Origin: an uncultured delta proteobacterium
GTDB taxonomy: Bacteria; Desulfobacterota; Binatia; UBA9968
Assembly (NCBI GenBank): GCA_963755715.1
Contig: CAVWLW010000044.1
Coordinates: forward strand, 30,427-94,426
Length of the DNA stretch: 64,000 bases
Reading direction: 5' to 3'
The notes under the pieces were generated by a model. The model saw only the letters and a program-made list of their open reading frames with translations, was not told the DNA's origin and made no database searches. Positions 1 through 8,785 of this stretch are shown one piece after another. A program made the translations under genes and the position numbers. How positions within the stretch are numbered: the first letter of the stretch is position 1; each line of letters starts with the position of its first letter.

Positions 1-697
1 TTGGCTACAAACATATCGTGGCGACATCGCTCTAGTTTGATAAAACTCCCCTTACTGAAAGATGCTCTCTAATTCAAGCCGATCCCAGTCAGAGCCCGGA
101 CGCTCATCCAACAGCCCAACTTCGCGGATTATGTTGGGTTGCGCGCCAATCAATTTGACGTTGACAGACGGGACGAGCCGGCGATATAGGGCGGCTGGCA
201 GCCGAAACGTCTCAACTTCGCGTCCGATGCGGCGATAGACAATGCTCCCGCGTGCTAATTTCAAAGCCAAGGGTGAAGAGTTCGTCAAGAAGCTGAGAGA
301 GCAGCAAATCAAACTTTATTCCATCGATGCGCCGGCGCTAGTCAACGTGATTGCCTCAGGCGAGATCGCCGCCTCGCCGGCAATCTTCGAGAGCCACACG
401 GTGCTGGCGGCTTCGAAGGGCGCGGCGCTGGAGTGGGTGCCAATGGATTTGGTTCCGAACAACGTCGGCAGCGCGGCGATCGCCTTGAAACCGCCGCATC
501 CTCATGCCGCGGTCTTGATGGCGGATCTGCTCTTGGGTCCGGACGGACAGAAGGTTCTGGAAAAATTCTATTATGGTAGCGCAACAAAAAGCCGGCCGTT
601 CAAGCGCTGGCGCCCGGAGCGGGGACTGACGACAGAGAAGTATGAGAAAGAAATCGACCACTGGGAAAAACTTTTAAAGCAAGTTGGCCGCAAGTAA
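1..697 (+). pseudogene. ABC transporter extracellular solute-binding protein (family-1-like) remnant. Only the C-terminal 151 aa (242..697) is an open frame. Upstream homologous-looking pieces sit in other frames with stops
   Basis: ORF 242..697 (...LYSIDAPALVNVIASGEIAASP...LLGPDGQKVLEKFYYGSA) resembles the C-terminal lobe of periplasmic binding proteins. It is too short to be complete. A stop at 236-238 lies immediately upstream. Frames 1 and 3 upstream carry short stop-interrupted peptides. Confidence 0.4.
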
Positions 698-811
698 CCT
701 TTCGAACCGCCGTCACGATTGAGTCCAAAGCTTCCGCTTCCAGATCGATTTGACGGCAACTCATGATCGCCCTATTTCGGTCGTGAGCTAATTCTGGCAC
801 TGGAGGCTGCG

Positions 812-1531
812 ATGGCGGAGAAAAAACTCACCGGTAAAATTGCGCGAGAACGGATTCGCTTGATGGAGACGCCGCGGCCGCCGGAAGGGATCATCGAGGG
901 CTATCGCGCACTCGGCGACGCCACCGGCATAATTTCAGACGTGATGGACGAGCTCGGTATTACCGGCGTTGTCGGCGCAGCCGTGCTGAAGCCGACCATC
1001 GCCGGCGCGTGCATCGTCGGGCCGGCGCTCACCGTGCGCAACATCGTGCAGCGCGAGCATGTCTATGAAACCGCGCGCCAACACGTGAACAAGATGGCGG
1101 AGTTCGAAGCCCACAATTTGGCACGCCCGGGTGATGTGGTGGTGATCGATGGAGTCGCGGGGATTTCGAACATGGGCGGTATTTCCGCGCAAACCGGCAA
1201 GCGCCAGGGCGAAGTAGGCGCGGTGGTCTTCGGCGGCGTGCGCGATGTCGCCCATTCACGCCGGGTCGGATATCCGGTTTGGGCCACTGAGGTTACGCCC
1301 GTCACCGGCAAATGGCGCATCGAGACCGTCGAGATCAACGGCGAGATCGTGGTTGGCGATATTCGCGTCGCTCCCGGTGACATCGTGTTCGCCGACGATA
1401 CGGGAGTGTGCTTCATTCCACGATCAAGGGCTGCGGAGGTTCTGGCCATGGCGAGGCGAAAATCCGCTGCCGAAGAAGCCAAATGTAAAGCAATTGACGA
1501 TGGTGTCGGTGTCGCTGATCTTCCGGCGTAG
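812..1531 (+). CDS. RraA family protein (RraA / 4-hydroxy-4-methyl-2-oxoglutarate aldolase-like fold)
   Basis: 239 aa. Gly-rich GVVGAAVLKP...VVIDG...GGISAQTGKRQGEVGAVVFGGVRD matches the RraA/MenG-like swivelling domain. GGAGG RBS 5 nt upstream of the ATG. Confidence 0.7.
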   Translation: MAEKKLTGKIARERIRLMETPRPPEGIIEGYRALGDATGIISDVMDELGITGVVGAAVLKPTIAGACIVGPALTVRNIVQREHVYETARQHVNKMAEFEAHNLARPGDVVVIDGVAGISNMGGISAQTGKRQGEVGAVVFGGVRDVAHSRRVGYPVWATEVTPVTGKWRIETVEINGEIVVGDIRVAPGDIVFADDTGVCFIPRSRAAEVLAMARRKSAAEEAKCKAIDDGVGVADLPA

Positions 1532-1748
1532 CCGCCATTTCCAGAAGACTGCATTATCGACTGCTAATAATTCGTTTCTCATTCAATCCCGCGCCAAACT
1601 CCCTGAGCTGTGGAACATTTCCGATCTCTGGACATCGCGGCGCCCCTCAAAATCCGCGATTTCTTACGACAGGGCAATCGCTATATTTGCCACATCCCGC
1701 TCAAGATCGTGTCGCGATTCGCACAATCATATGGATGTCTGCTGAGCA

Positions 1749-1771
1749 ACGCGAAGCATCGCGTCTTTTCA
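1749..1771 (+). terminator. Candidate rho-independent terminator/attenuator hairpin (ACGCGA-agca-TCGCGT followed by CTTTTC)
   Basis: Perfect 6-bp inverted repeat with a 4-nt loop and a T-tract. It lies 220 nt downstream of the RraA-like gene and about 300 nt upstream of the TerC gene. Confidence 0.3.
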
Positions 1772-2065
1772 GCAGGTTGCGAAGACGAGATTCTTCGCCG
1801 GAGTTTATCCCGAGCAAGGTCGAAGGGGCTCAGAATGACATTAAGACACAGTCTCTTCGGGAGAATTCGATGGACATTAAAGAAAGGCCGGAACAGATCT
1901 CGTTGTAACCGGCAAGATTGACTCCGCGCCTTGGCTAAGTTGCCTTAACGCGCGCTGGCTCGTATAAGTTTTTTGTGCGGATGCGATTCGATCCCTTAAC
2001 AAGCTTGATCGACGAGCCGGCATTAAGTTGAGTTCAAACCAACAAGATATTGGAGATGGTCAAAC

Positions 2066-2806
2066 ATGGATTGGATGACAAACCCGGAAGCCTGGATCGC
2101 GTTCGCCACACTGCTGGCGCTCGAAATCGTTTTGGGCATAGACAACGTGGTTTTTATCTCGATTCTGGCGGGTAAACTGCCGGCAAACCAGCAGGCTAAG
2201 GCGCGCTATCTTGGACTGGCACTCGCGATGGTGACGCGCATTATCCTTCTATTCTCGATTTCCTGGATGGTGCGGCTAACCGCGCCCTTGTTCACTGTTT
2301 TTGGCGTGGAAATTTCCGGCCGGGACTTGATACTGATCGTCGGCGGGCTGTTTCTGATTGGCAAAAGTACCCACGAAATCCATCAAAAACTCGAAGGTGA
2401 GCGAGGACAAGTAAGCGCTCGCGTGGCGCCGACATTTACCGGGGTGATCGTGCAGATCCTGCTCCTCGATGTCGTGTTTTCGCTCGACTCGGTGATCACC
2501 GCGGTTGGCATGGTCAATCAGATCGGCATTATGGTTGCCGCTGTGATGGTGGCGGTGATCGTGATGATCGGCTTTGCCGGCGCGATCGGCCGCTTCGTCG
2601 AGCGCCATCCTACGGTGAAAATGTTGGCGCTAAGTTTTCTGCTATTAATCGGCATGACGCTGATGGCCGAGGGATTCGATCAGCATATTTCGAAGGGCTA
2701 CATCTATTCGGCGATGGCTTTTTCCGTGTTTGTCGAGGTTCTCAATCTGAGGGCAAAAAAAGCCGCGGAGCCGGTTAAGTTCCACGAGTCATACAGCGAA
2801 CGTTGA
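2066..2806 (+). CDS. TerC family integral membrane protein
   Basis: 246 aa, multi-TM. N-terminus WIAFATLLALEIVLGIDNVVFISIL and an internal repeat SLDSVITAVGM are typical of TerC/YkoY/Alx proteins. Confidence 0.8.
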   Translation: MDWMTNPEAWIAFATLLALEIVLGIDNVVFISILAGKLPANQQAKARYLGLALAMVTRIILLFSISWMVRLTAPLFTVFGVEISGRDLILIVGGLFLIGKSTHEIHQKLEGERGQVSARVAPTFTGVIVQILLLDVVFSLDSVITAVGMVNQIGIMVAAVMVAVIVMIGFAGAIGRFVERHPTVKMLALSFLLLIGMTLMAEGFDQHISKGYIYSAMAFSVFVEVLNLRAKKAAEPVKFHESYSER

Positions 2807-2865
2807 TCGCAAGGGTCGCCCCGACATCCGTCAGTTGGCAGCCAGGATGTTTCATTCATGATTCG

Positions 2866-3636
2866 TCACCGGGTGCTGGCATAGAATTCAACGCGCCGCT
2901 CGACGAAAGCGACGGCCTCGGAGACCGCAAACGCGAACATAAAAACGATCACCACGAGAGCCCAGAATTCTTCCATGAGAAAATTTTGCGAATAGAGTTC
3001 GAATAATTCTCCCACGCCGATAATCGCGATGAGCAACTGGCCGATAACGACGCCTTTGACGCCGCGGATGACTCCGAGCCGCACGCCGGCGAGAATCTCC
3101 GGCAGGGCGCTCAAAAAAAGAATTTTCGTATAAAGTTGGCGCCGTGTCGCACCGAAGCAGCGGGCCATCTCCACGAGCGAGCGGTCGGCCTGCTCGATTC
3201 CCACCCGAGTGTCCAAGATGATCACGAAAACGGCGAAGAGAAAAACCGTGGCCACCACCGTGGTTTCCCCGATGCCGAGGACCGACATGAAAATCGGCAC
3301 CAGCGCGGAGATCGGCGCGCTGACGAAGATATTGACCCACATGCCGAAGATTTTGCCGACGCTTTTTATTCGCGCCATGAGGACGCCGGCGGGAATACCG
3401 ATCAGGAGCGCCAGCGCCATGCCCAACGCGAAAGAGCGCAGAGAGATCGAGACCGCCGTACTGAATTTTTCCGTCGGTAGGATCGTGATGCCAGCCGCGA
3501 TCACGCGGGAAAAAGGCGGAACGATCGTCGACAGCTCGGCGCGGCCGATGATCTCCCAGACGACGAACCAGATCGCGAGCGAAAAAAGGATCGGGATGCG
3601 CTTGCCGAATAAAGTCATACAGTCACCGGCCCGCAA
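2866..3636 (-). CDS. ABC transporter permease (NitT/TauT family, SsuC-like)
   Basis: 256 aa hydrophobic protein. Last gene of a minus-strand SBP-permease-ATPase-permease operon. Confidence 0.8.
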   Translation of the reverse strand: MRAGDCMTLFGKRIPILFSLAIWFVVWEIIGRAELSTIVPPFSRVIAAGITILPTEKFSTAVSISLRSFALGMALALLIGIPAGVLMARIKSVGKIFGMWVNIFVSAPISALVPIFMSVLGIGETTVVATVFLFAVFVIILDTRVGIEQADRSLVEMARCFGATRRQLYTKILFLSALPEILAGVRLGVIRGVKGVVIGQLLIAIIGVGELFELYSQNFLMEEFWALVVIVFMFAFAVSEAVAFVERRVEFYASTR

Positions 3637-3759
3637 CGCATCACCGAAGCGGGGTCCAGCCAGACGAGCCCGAGGAGGAGCCGTCCGGAAGCGTACGTGG
3701 TTCGGTACGTTGAGGAACGACGACCGAGAACGAAGTATCGCGCAGCAATTCGGCTTCCG

Positions 3760-4530
3760 CTAAATGTAGTGTTTGAGGATCTGCCATATCTCGTCCACCG
3801 CGTCGAGATAATTCTTGTCGCGCCGAATCTCGTCCGGACTCCTCCCCTGGCGGTCAATGTTGGGCTGGATGATTTTCGATACGGTTCCCGGACGTGCCGA
3901 CAGGAGCACGATCTGATCCGAGAGATAGGCCGCCTCTTCGATACTATGGGTGACGAAGATCACGGTCTTTTTCTTGTTCTTGAGCAGATCCAAAAGTTCT
4001 TCCTGGAACTTTCGCCGCGTCTGTTCATCGACGGAAGAAAACGGCTCATCCATGAGGATGATTTCCGCATCGACAGCGAAGGCGCGGGCGAGCCCGACTC
4101 GCTGGCGCATCCCGCCCGAGAGCTGGTGCGGATAGCTGGATTCGAAAGCTTTGAGCCCGACCTCCGCGATGTATTTGCGGGCGATTGGATCGCGCTCTTC
4201 TTTGGGCATGCCGCGTAGTTCCAAACCAAAACCGACGTTGCGCAAAACGTTGCCCCATGGCAGCAGCGCGAAATCTTGAAATACAAACGCGCGCTCGGGC
4301 CCCGGCCCGTCGACCTTTTTGCCTTTCACCCAGATCTCGCCGCGATTGGGCGGAATCAGCCCAGCGATGATTTTTAGAAGCGTCGTTTTGCCGCAACCGC
4401 TGGGGCCCAGCAACGTGCTGAGCCCGCCGTGAGGAAGCGCTACGTTGACCTCCGCCAGGGCCTCGACGCCGCCATCGTAGGTCTTGCCGACATTTTTCAC
4501 GTCCACGATGGCCTCAGCTGACATCCTCAA
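3760..4530 (-). CDS. ABC transporter ATP-binding protein (NitT/TauT family)
   Basis: Walker A GPSGCGKTT, signature LSGGMRQRVGLARA, Walker B ILMDEPFSSVD. Overlaps the upstream permease stop. Confidence 0.85.
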   Translation of the reverse strand: MRMSAEAIVDVKNVGKTYDGGVEALAEVNVALPHGGLSTLLGPSGCGKTTLLKIIAGLIPPNRGEIWVKGKKVDGPGPERAFVFQDFALLPWGNVLRNVGFGLELRGMPKEERDPIARKYIAEVGLKAFESSYPHQLSGGMRQRVGLARAFAVDAEIILMDEPFSSVDEQTRRKFQEELLDLLKNKKKTVIFVTHSIEEAAYLSDQIVLLSARPGTVSKIIQPNIDRQGRSPDEIRRDKNYLDAVDEIWQILKHYI

Positions 4531-5362
4531 AACCTCTCATTTCAGGCGGAAAGAGCTTGCGCTCCAGCCGCTCGAGCGCTTGGATCGTCAACGCCGCGAA
4601 AAGCACAATGGAGGCGATCGCCGCGAACATCTTTGGATAGTCCGCCACCGAGCTGTTGTAGGTGATTAGATCGCCGATGCCCGTCGGCGTGATCAACAGT
4701 TCGGCGATCACGATGCCGATGAATCCCATCGCCAGTCCAAGCCGCAGGCCGGCGAAGATCAAAGCGGCGGCGTGGGGCAGGATAATCTTGATCACCTCCT
4801 GTCGCCTCGTTCCCAAAAACGCACGGCACATTTGGATCAGCGACGGATTGGTATTGCGGATGCCCTTGTAAGAATTCATCACGATAACGGGCGCAGCCAA
4901 AACGACGACGGCCAAAACTTTGGCGGTAACGCCGATGCCGTACATGTAAGTGATCAGCGGAATGATCGCCGCCATCGGCGCTGCTTGCAACACGATGAAG
5001 ATGGGCAGACTCAACCACTCGATGGCGCGGGAAAGCCCCATGCCGATGCCGAAACCGATGCCGACGACACTGCAGAGAACGATGCCGATGGCCAGCGGTT
5101 GGAGCGTAGATTGATAAGCTTTAAGGAGACTGCCGTCGACGATCATGCCGAGCAGCGCCGCCAGGGTCTTACTGAACGGCGGAAAGGCATAGCTGATCGG
5201 CCAGCGCCCGGCCAGCTCCCACAAACCGAAAAAGAGCGCGAAGGAAAGCAATTGCCAGAGGAATGGCTTCGCGATCCAGCTTTTTTGCTCCACGGAGTCA
5301 GTTACCAGCGAGTGATTGAAAAAACGCTCAGTTGCTTCGCCGCGCGCGAACACATCCGCCAA
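4514..5362 (-). CDS. ABC transporter permease (NitT/TauT family)
   Basis: 282 aa multi-TM. Sits between the SBP and ATPase genes. Confidence 0.8.
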   Translation of the reverse strand: MADVFARGEATERFFNHSLVTDSVEQKSWIAKPFLWQLLSFALFFGLWELAGRWPISYAFPPFSKTLAALLGMIVDGSLLKAYQSTLQPLAIGIVLCSVVGIGFGIGMGLSRAIEWLSLPIFIVLQAAPMAAIIPLITYMYGIGVTAKVLAVVVLAAPVIVMNSYKGIRNTNPSLIQMCRAFLGTRRQEVIKIILPHAAALIFAGLRLGLAMGFIGIVIAELLITPTGIGDLITYNSSVADYPKMFAAIASIVLFAALTIQALERLERKLFPPEMRGFEDVS

Positions 5363-5420
5363 AGGCGCTAGAGACCCGGGTACCTCGGACTCTCAATCTC
5401 TCCGACACCCAAGCCGGCTT

Positions 5421-6416
5421 TCACTTCACCTTCGGAAGCGCAGCCTTGAGCGGAGCGAAATGCCAGAACTCGTCCGCCTTCAGGTTTTCGCCGGTCAGCG
5501 CGCCGGAGAGAGCGTAGAATTCCAAATCATTCTTGGCCGCGCCCTCGACGCCGCCGTCGTTTGGAAAGACGCCGTTTTGTACGGCTTCCTCGAAGAAAGG
5601 AAGAATCTCCTCCTCCAGCTTCGCGGGCAGGTCCTTTAAGAGCGCGAGTTTCTTGCGCTCTTCGATCACCCACTTGGGATTCGCATTGATCTGCCGATTG
5701 ACCCTTATCAGCTCTTCCACGAAGACTGCGATGGCCGCTTGATTTTTGTCGAGAAACTCTCGGGTGGCGAAGAGCGCCTCGTCGCTCGCCTTCAAATTGC
5801 CGAGCGGCAAGATGATGAACTTGTCGGGCGCTTCCTTCATCACCCTGTTTTTGTTGGGCGCGTCCAAGATCGTCGCCTTGATATTGCCCTTCAAAAGCGC
5901 CAGAGCGCGCACTTGAGATCCAGGCACGTAGCTCACGCTCTTATACTTGATACCGTGCTGCTTCGCCGCCAGGAGCATGATCGCCTCGGTCCCGGAACCG
6001 CGTCCCTGCAACGCGATCTCCTGACCGTCCAGATCTTTCCAGCTCTTGTAGCTGTCCTTGGCTACCACCGGAAAAAACAGCAAGGTGCTCAACTGATAAA
6101 AAAAGCGGATCGGCACGTTGGCTTTCTGAACGGCCGCGTACGGCGTCCCTTGCCCGACGTCCGCCTGACCGTTGATCACGGCTTGGGTCGCGACTTCCTC
6201 GCTTTTAAACGCGGTAACCTCGACATCGACGCCGCGCGCCTTGGCGCGCTCGACAGCGATCAGGAGCGGCAACTCGTCGATCGACACGACATCGCCCAGG
6301 GCGTACCTGATTTTGGTTCTGCCCTGCGCCCCCGCCTCGCCGGCCAAGGTGCCAACGAAAACGAAGAGAATCAGAAAACCGACAATCGATTTTGCCGAGT
6401 GGGTCATTGTAGCCAC
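5421..6416 (-). CDS. ABC transporter substrate-binding protein (NMT1/SsuA/TauA-like)
   Basis: 331 aa with N-terminal signal peptide (FLILFVFVGTLAGEAGAQ). First gene of the operon. Confidence 0.75.
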   Translation of the reverse strand: MATMTHSAKSIVGFLILFVFVGTLAGEAGAQGRTKIRYALGDVVSIDELPLLIAVERAKARGVDVEVTAFKSEEVATQAVINGQADVGQGTPYAAVQKANVPIRFFYQLSTLLFFPVVAKDSYKSWKDLDGQEIALQGRGSGTEAIMLLAAKQHGIKYKSVSYVPGSQVRALALLKGNIKATILDAPNKNRVMKEAPDKFIILPLGNLKASDEALFATREFLDKNQAAIAVFVEELIRVNRQINANPKWVIEERKKLALLKDLPAKLEEEILPFFEEAVQNGVFPNDGGVEGAAKNDLEFYALSGALTGENLKADEFWHFAPLKAALPKVK

Positions 6417-6560
6417 CTCCTGCTTTCGTGGCGTGAGTATCGCAAACGCTGGGGAGGTGTCAAGTTACTTTTTTCAGCGGAATCGGAGCAACGTCGAACC
6501 TTGTGAGTGAGCGCAATTGTCGGGATCACAGATTGGACAAATCGTCGGGACAAATTATGA

Positions 6561-7130
6561 GTGAGCAAGTCGCGAGAGTTACGTTTTGCGGTGCGAGGCA
6601 AACCGCCTACGAGGGTTGCTCGAGCTGCCGCACTTATGGCTTGCGATCTCAAAGATTTTGCGCATACTCTGCTAAGCGATAGAGTGTTTTTAAAAATGTC
6701 TGGCTTAATCAGAAAAAAAGAGCCGTGGAAGACCCGGGCCTCAGTCGACCGAATTGCGCTGGACGAGTGGGGTTATCCAAGCGGAATGGTCTGGTGCCCG
6801 ATGAAGATGAGCGGTATGGCCCTCATGAAGTGCGCCGAGCTGCAGAAACAATTCGGCTGCGGCAGCCTTGCGCAGTTTAGAATTATCACGACCACGAAGC
6901 CCGGCAATGTGCCGTTTTGCTGGCCATGGTTGCGGCGCGGCCGCGAGTGCCCGGAGCGCGCGAACGAAAAAGAAGTGCGCGAATTGCGGTTGGAGCTGAG
7001 CCCGCTCAAATCCGTTGAGAAGAGCAGGAAAAATCCCCGCGCATACCGCTGCACGGCGTGCGGCGGCCGTAAAGTTTTCGGCGCACGCCAATGTCGCCAC
7101 TGCTGGCGTCACTCCTTGAGGAGGAGATGA
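6561..7130 (+). CDS. Hypothetical Cys-rich protein (possible zinc-ribbon C-terminus YRCTACGG...CRHCW)
   Basis: 189-aa ORF with 12 Cys. Ends 75 nt before a bidirectional terminator. No recognisable family, so it may be spurious. Confidence 0.25.
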   Translation: MSKSRELRFAVRGKPPTRVARAAALMACDLKDFAHTLLSDRVFLKMSGLIRKKEPWKTRASVDRIALDEWGYPSGMVWCPMKMSGMALMKCAELQKQFGCGSLAQFRIITTTKPGNVPFCWPWLRRGRECPERANEKEVRELRLELSPLKSVEKSRKNPRAYRCTACGGRKVFGARQCRHCWRHSLRRR

Positions 7131-7202
7131 CTTAGGGGCTCCAATCGTTTCAGATGGTTCGAACCGTCTAAAGCGGCGCGCAACAAGTTCTAAAGAAAGA
7201 TC

Positions 7203-7232
7203 AAAAAAGGGAGGCGACTTGCCTCCCTTTTT
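7203..7232. terminator. Bidirectional rho-independent terminator (AAAAAA-GGGAGGC-gactt-GCCTCCC-TTTTT)
   Basis: Perfect 7-bp GC-rich stem flanked by an A-run and a T-run. Lies between the convergent hsp20 (minus) and the 6561..7130 ORF (plus). Confidence 0.55.
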
Positions 7233-7252
7233 CATTGCGGTTTTACGAACAG

Positions 7253-7693
7253 TTATTGCACGTTTATTTCAATCTGCCGCGGCCTGGCTTTTTCCACCTT
7301 CGGCACGCGTATCTCAAGGACACCGTCTTTGTAGCTGGCTTCAATGCCATCCTGCTTCACGGTCTCGGGCAGGGTGAATGAGCGCCAGAATTTTGCGGCG
7401 ACCCGTTCTGTATGGCGGTATTCAATGCCTTCAGCCGGCTTCTCGGATTTTCTTTCCCCGCTGAGAACCAGGGCTCCGTCCTTGACTTCCACTTTGATGT
7501 CTTCCCTTTTCATCCCTGGAAGCTCGGCGTGAATTAAGTACGAATCCTTGCTTTCCAAAACGTCTACCGCCGGATACCACTTCGATACGCTCGGTTGCGT
7601 CGACGAGCGACCGTGGTTCTCATCGAATAGATCGTTGAGAACAGACCGAAAATTGCCAAAACCCGCAAATGGTTCAAATCTTACTAGTTCCAT
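7253..7693 (-). CDS. Hsp20/alpha-crystallin family small heat-shock protein
   Basis: 146 aa. Alpha-crystallin domain signature (PAVDVLESKDSYLIHAELPGMKREDIKVEV...GVLEIRVPK). GGAGG RBS. Confidence 0.9.
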   Translation of the reverse strand: MELVRFEPFAGFGNFRSVLNDLFDENHGRSSTQPSVSKWYPAVDVLESKDSYLIHAELPGMKREDIKVEVKDGALVLSGERKSEKPAEGIEYRHTERVAAKFWRSFTLPETVKQDGIEASYKDGVLEIRVPKVEKARPRQIEINVQ

Positions 7694-7739
7694 AGGTTAC
7701 CTCCCTATGGTCAAAAAAATAAGCACGCATCCTCGGGTC

Positions 7740-7754
7740 GTCAAGCGACTTGAC
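7740..7754. promoter_or_regulatory. Perfect palindrome GTCAAG-cga-CTTGAC upstream of hsp20 (candidate heat-shock operator)
   Basis: 6-3-6 inverted repeat, 47-62 nt upstream of the hsp20 start codon. Confidence 0.3.
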
Positions 7755-7860
7755 AAACGTAAACCCCGTGCTTAGGAGGGTGATTCAAGTTCGAAAACTA
7801 AGTCCGGCGAATATAAAATCGTTCAACGTCAGGGGTCCGAGAAATCACGGGAGAATCACA

Positions 7861-8757
7861 ATGGCGACAGCCGGAGAGAAAATTTACGAATGGGATAAAC
7901 AACCGCGGATGCCGGTTCCGCCGCCGCCGCGGGGAAGCTGCGATTGTCAATTTCATCTCTATGAGGACCCGGCGATGTTTCCACCGCGGTCCAATCCGCC
8001 CTACCCGCCGATCACCAGCGCGACATTCAGCGAAGCGCAAAGGATGCACAAGGCAATCGGCTTCGATCGCGGCGTCATCGTGCACAGCGCGATTTACGGC
8101 AGCGATCATCGCTTGTTGTTGCACGCGCTCGAAAGCTTGAACGATCGGGATCATTATCGCGGCATCGGCATCGTCGACGACCGGGTTTCGGACAAAGAAC
8201 TTGAGCGCATGCATGCGGCGGGTGTGCGCGGCGCGCGCTTCAATTTCGTCCGCTTTCTTACTCTCGATCAACGGGAGGCGGAGATCAGACGCTCGATGGC
8301 CCGGCTGCGCGAGCTCGGCTGGCACGCGCGGCTGCACGTGAATGGAGACGATCTGCTGAACAATTCAGACTTGCTGCGTTCACTCAAGGACGTGCCCATG
8401 GTGATCGACCATTTCGGCCATGTCGGCTTCGACGGGCGGGATGGACCGGCCGGTGATCCGTTGGGTGCTCGACATGCTGAAACAGGAGAATTGGTGGATG
8501 ATGGTGTCCAACGGCAATCGCGATTCGAAGATGGACGCGGGCTGGGACGACGCGCTTCCCTACGGCAAAGCCTTCATCGAGGCGGCGCCCGACCGCATCG
8601 TCTGGGGCACCGACTGGCCCCATCCGCAGTGGACCAAGCGCATGATGAACGACGCGGAAGAAGTCGAGCTGCTTTACCGCTACGTCGATGGCGATACGAA
8701 TTGCTGCGCAAGATTCTCGTCGACAATCCCGCGCGGCTGCACGGGTTCAGAGCTTAG
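7861..8757 (+). pseudogene. Amidohydrolase-2 (PF04909-like) family protein, interrupted by two compensating frameshifts
   Basis: Frame 1 gives the N-terminal part through ...VIDHFGHVGFDG (GGAGA RBS, ATG 7861). Frame 2 (8455..8700) gives ...VIRWVLDML...PDRIVWGTDWPHPQ...LLYRYVDGD. Frame 1 resumes with ELLRKILVDNPARLHGF*. The shifts lie near 8435-8460 and 8690-8700. Confidence 0.6.
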
Positions 8758-8785
8758 CGTTGCACAAGCGATCGCGAGAGTGAGT

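Noticed and set aside
1771-2065. Calling a yybP-ykoY manganese riboswitch upstream of the TerC gene
   Set aside because: The gene context is expected, but I could not find the conserved loop sequences by eye. It is kept only as a hypothesis that needs a covariance-model scan.
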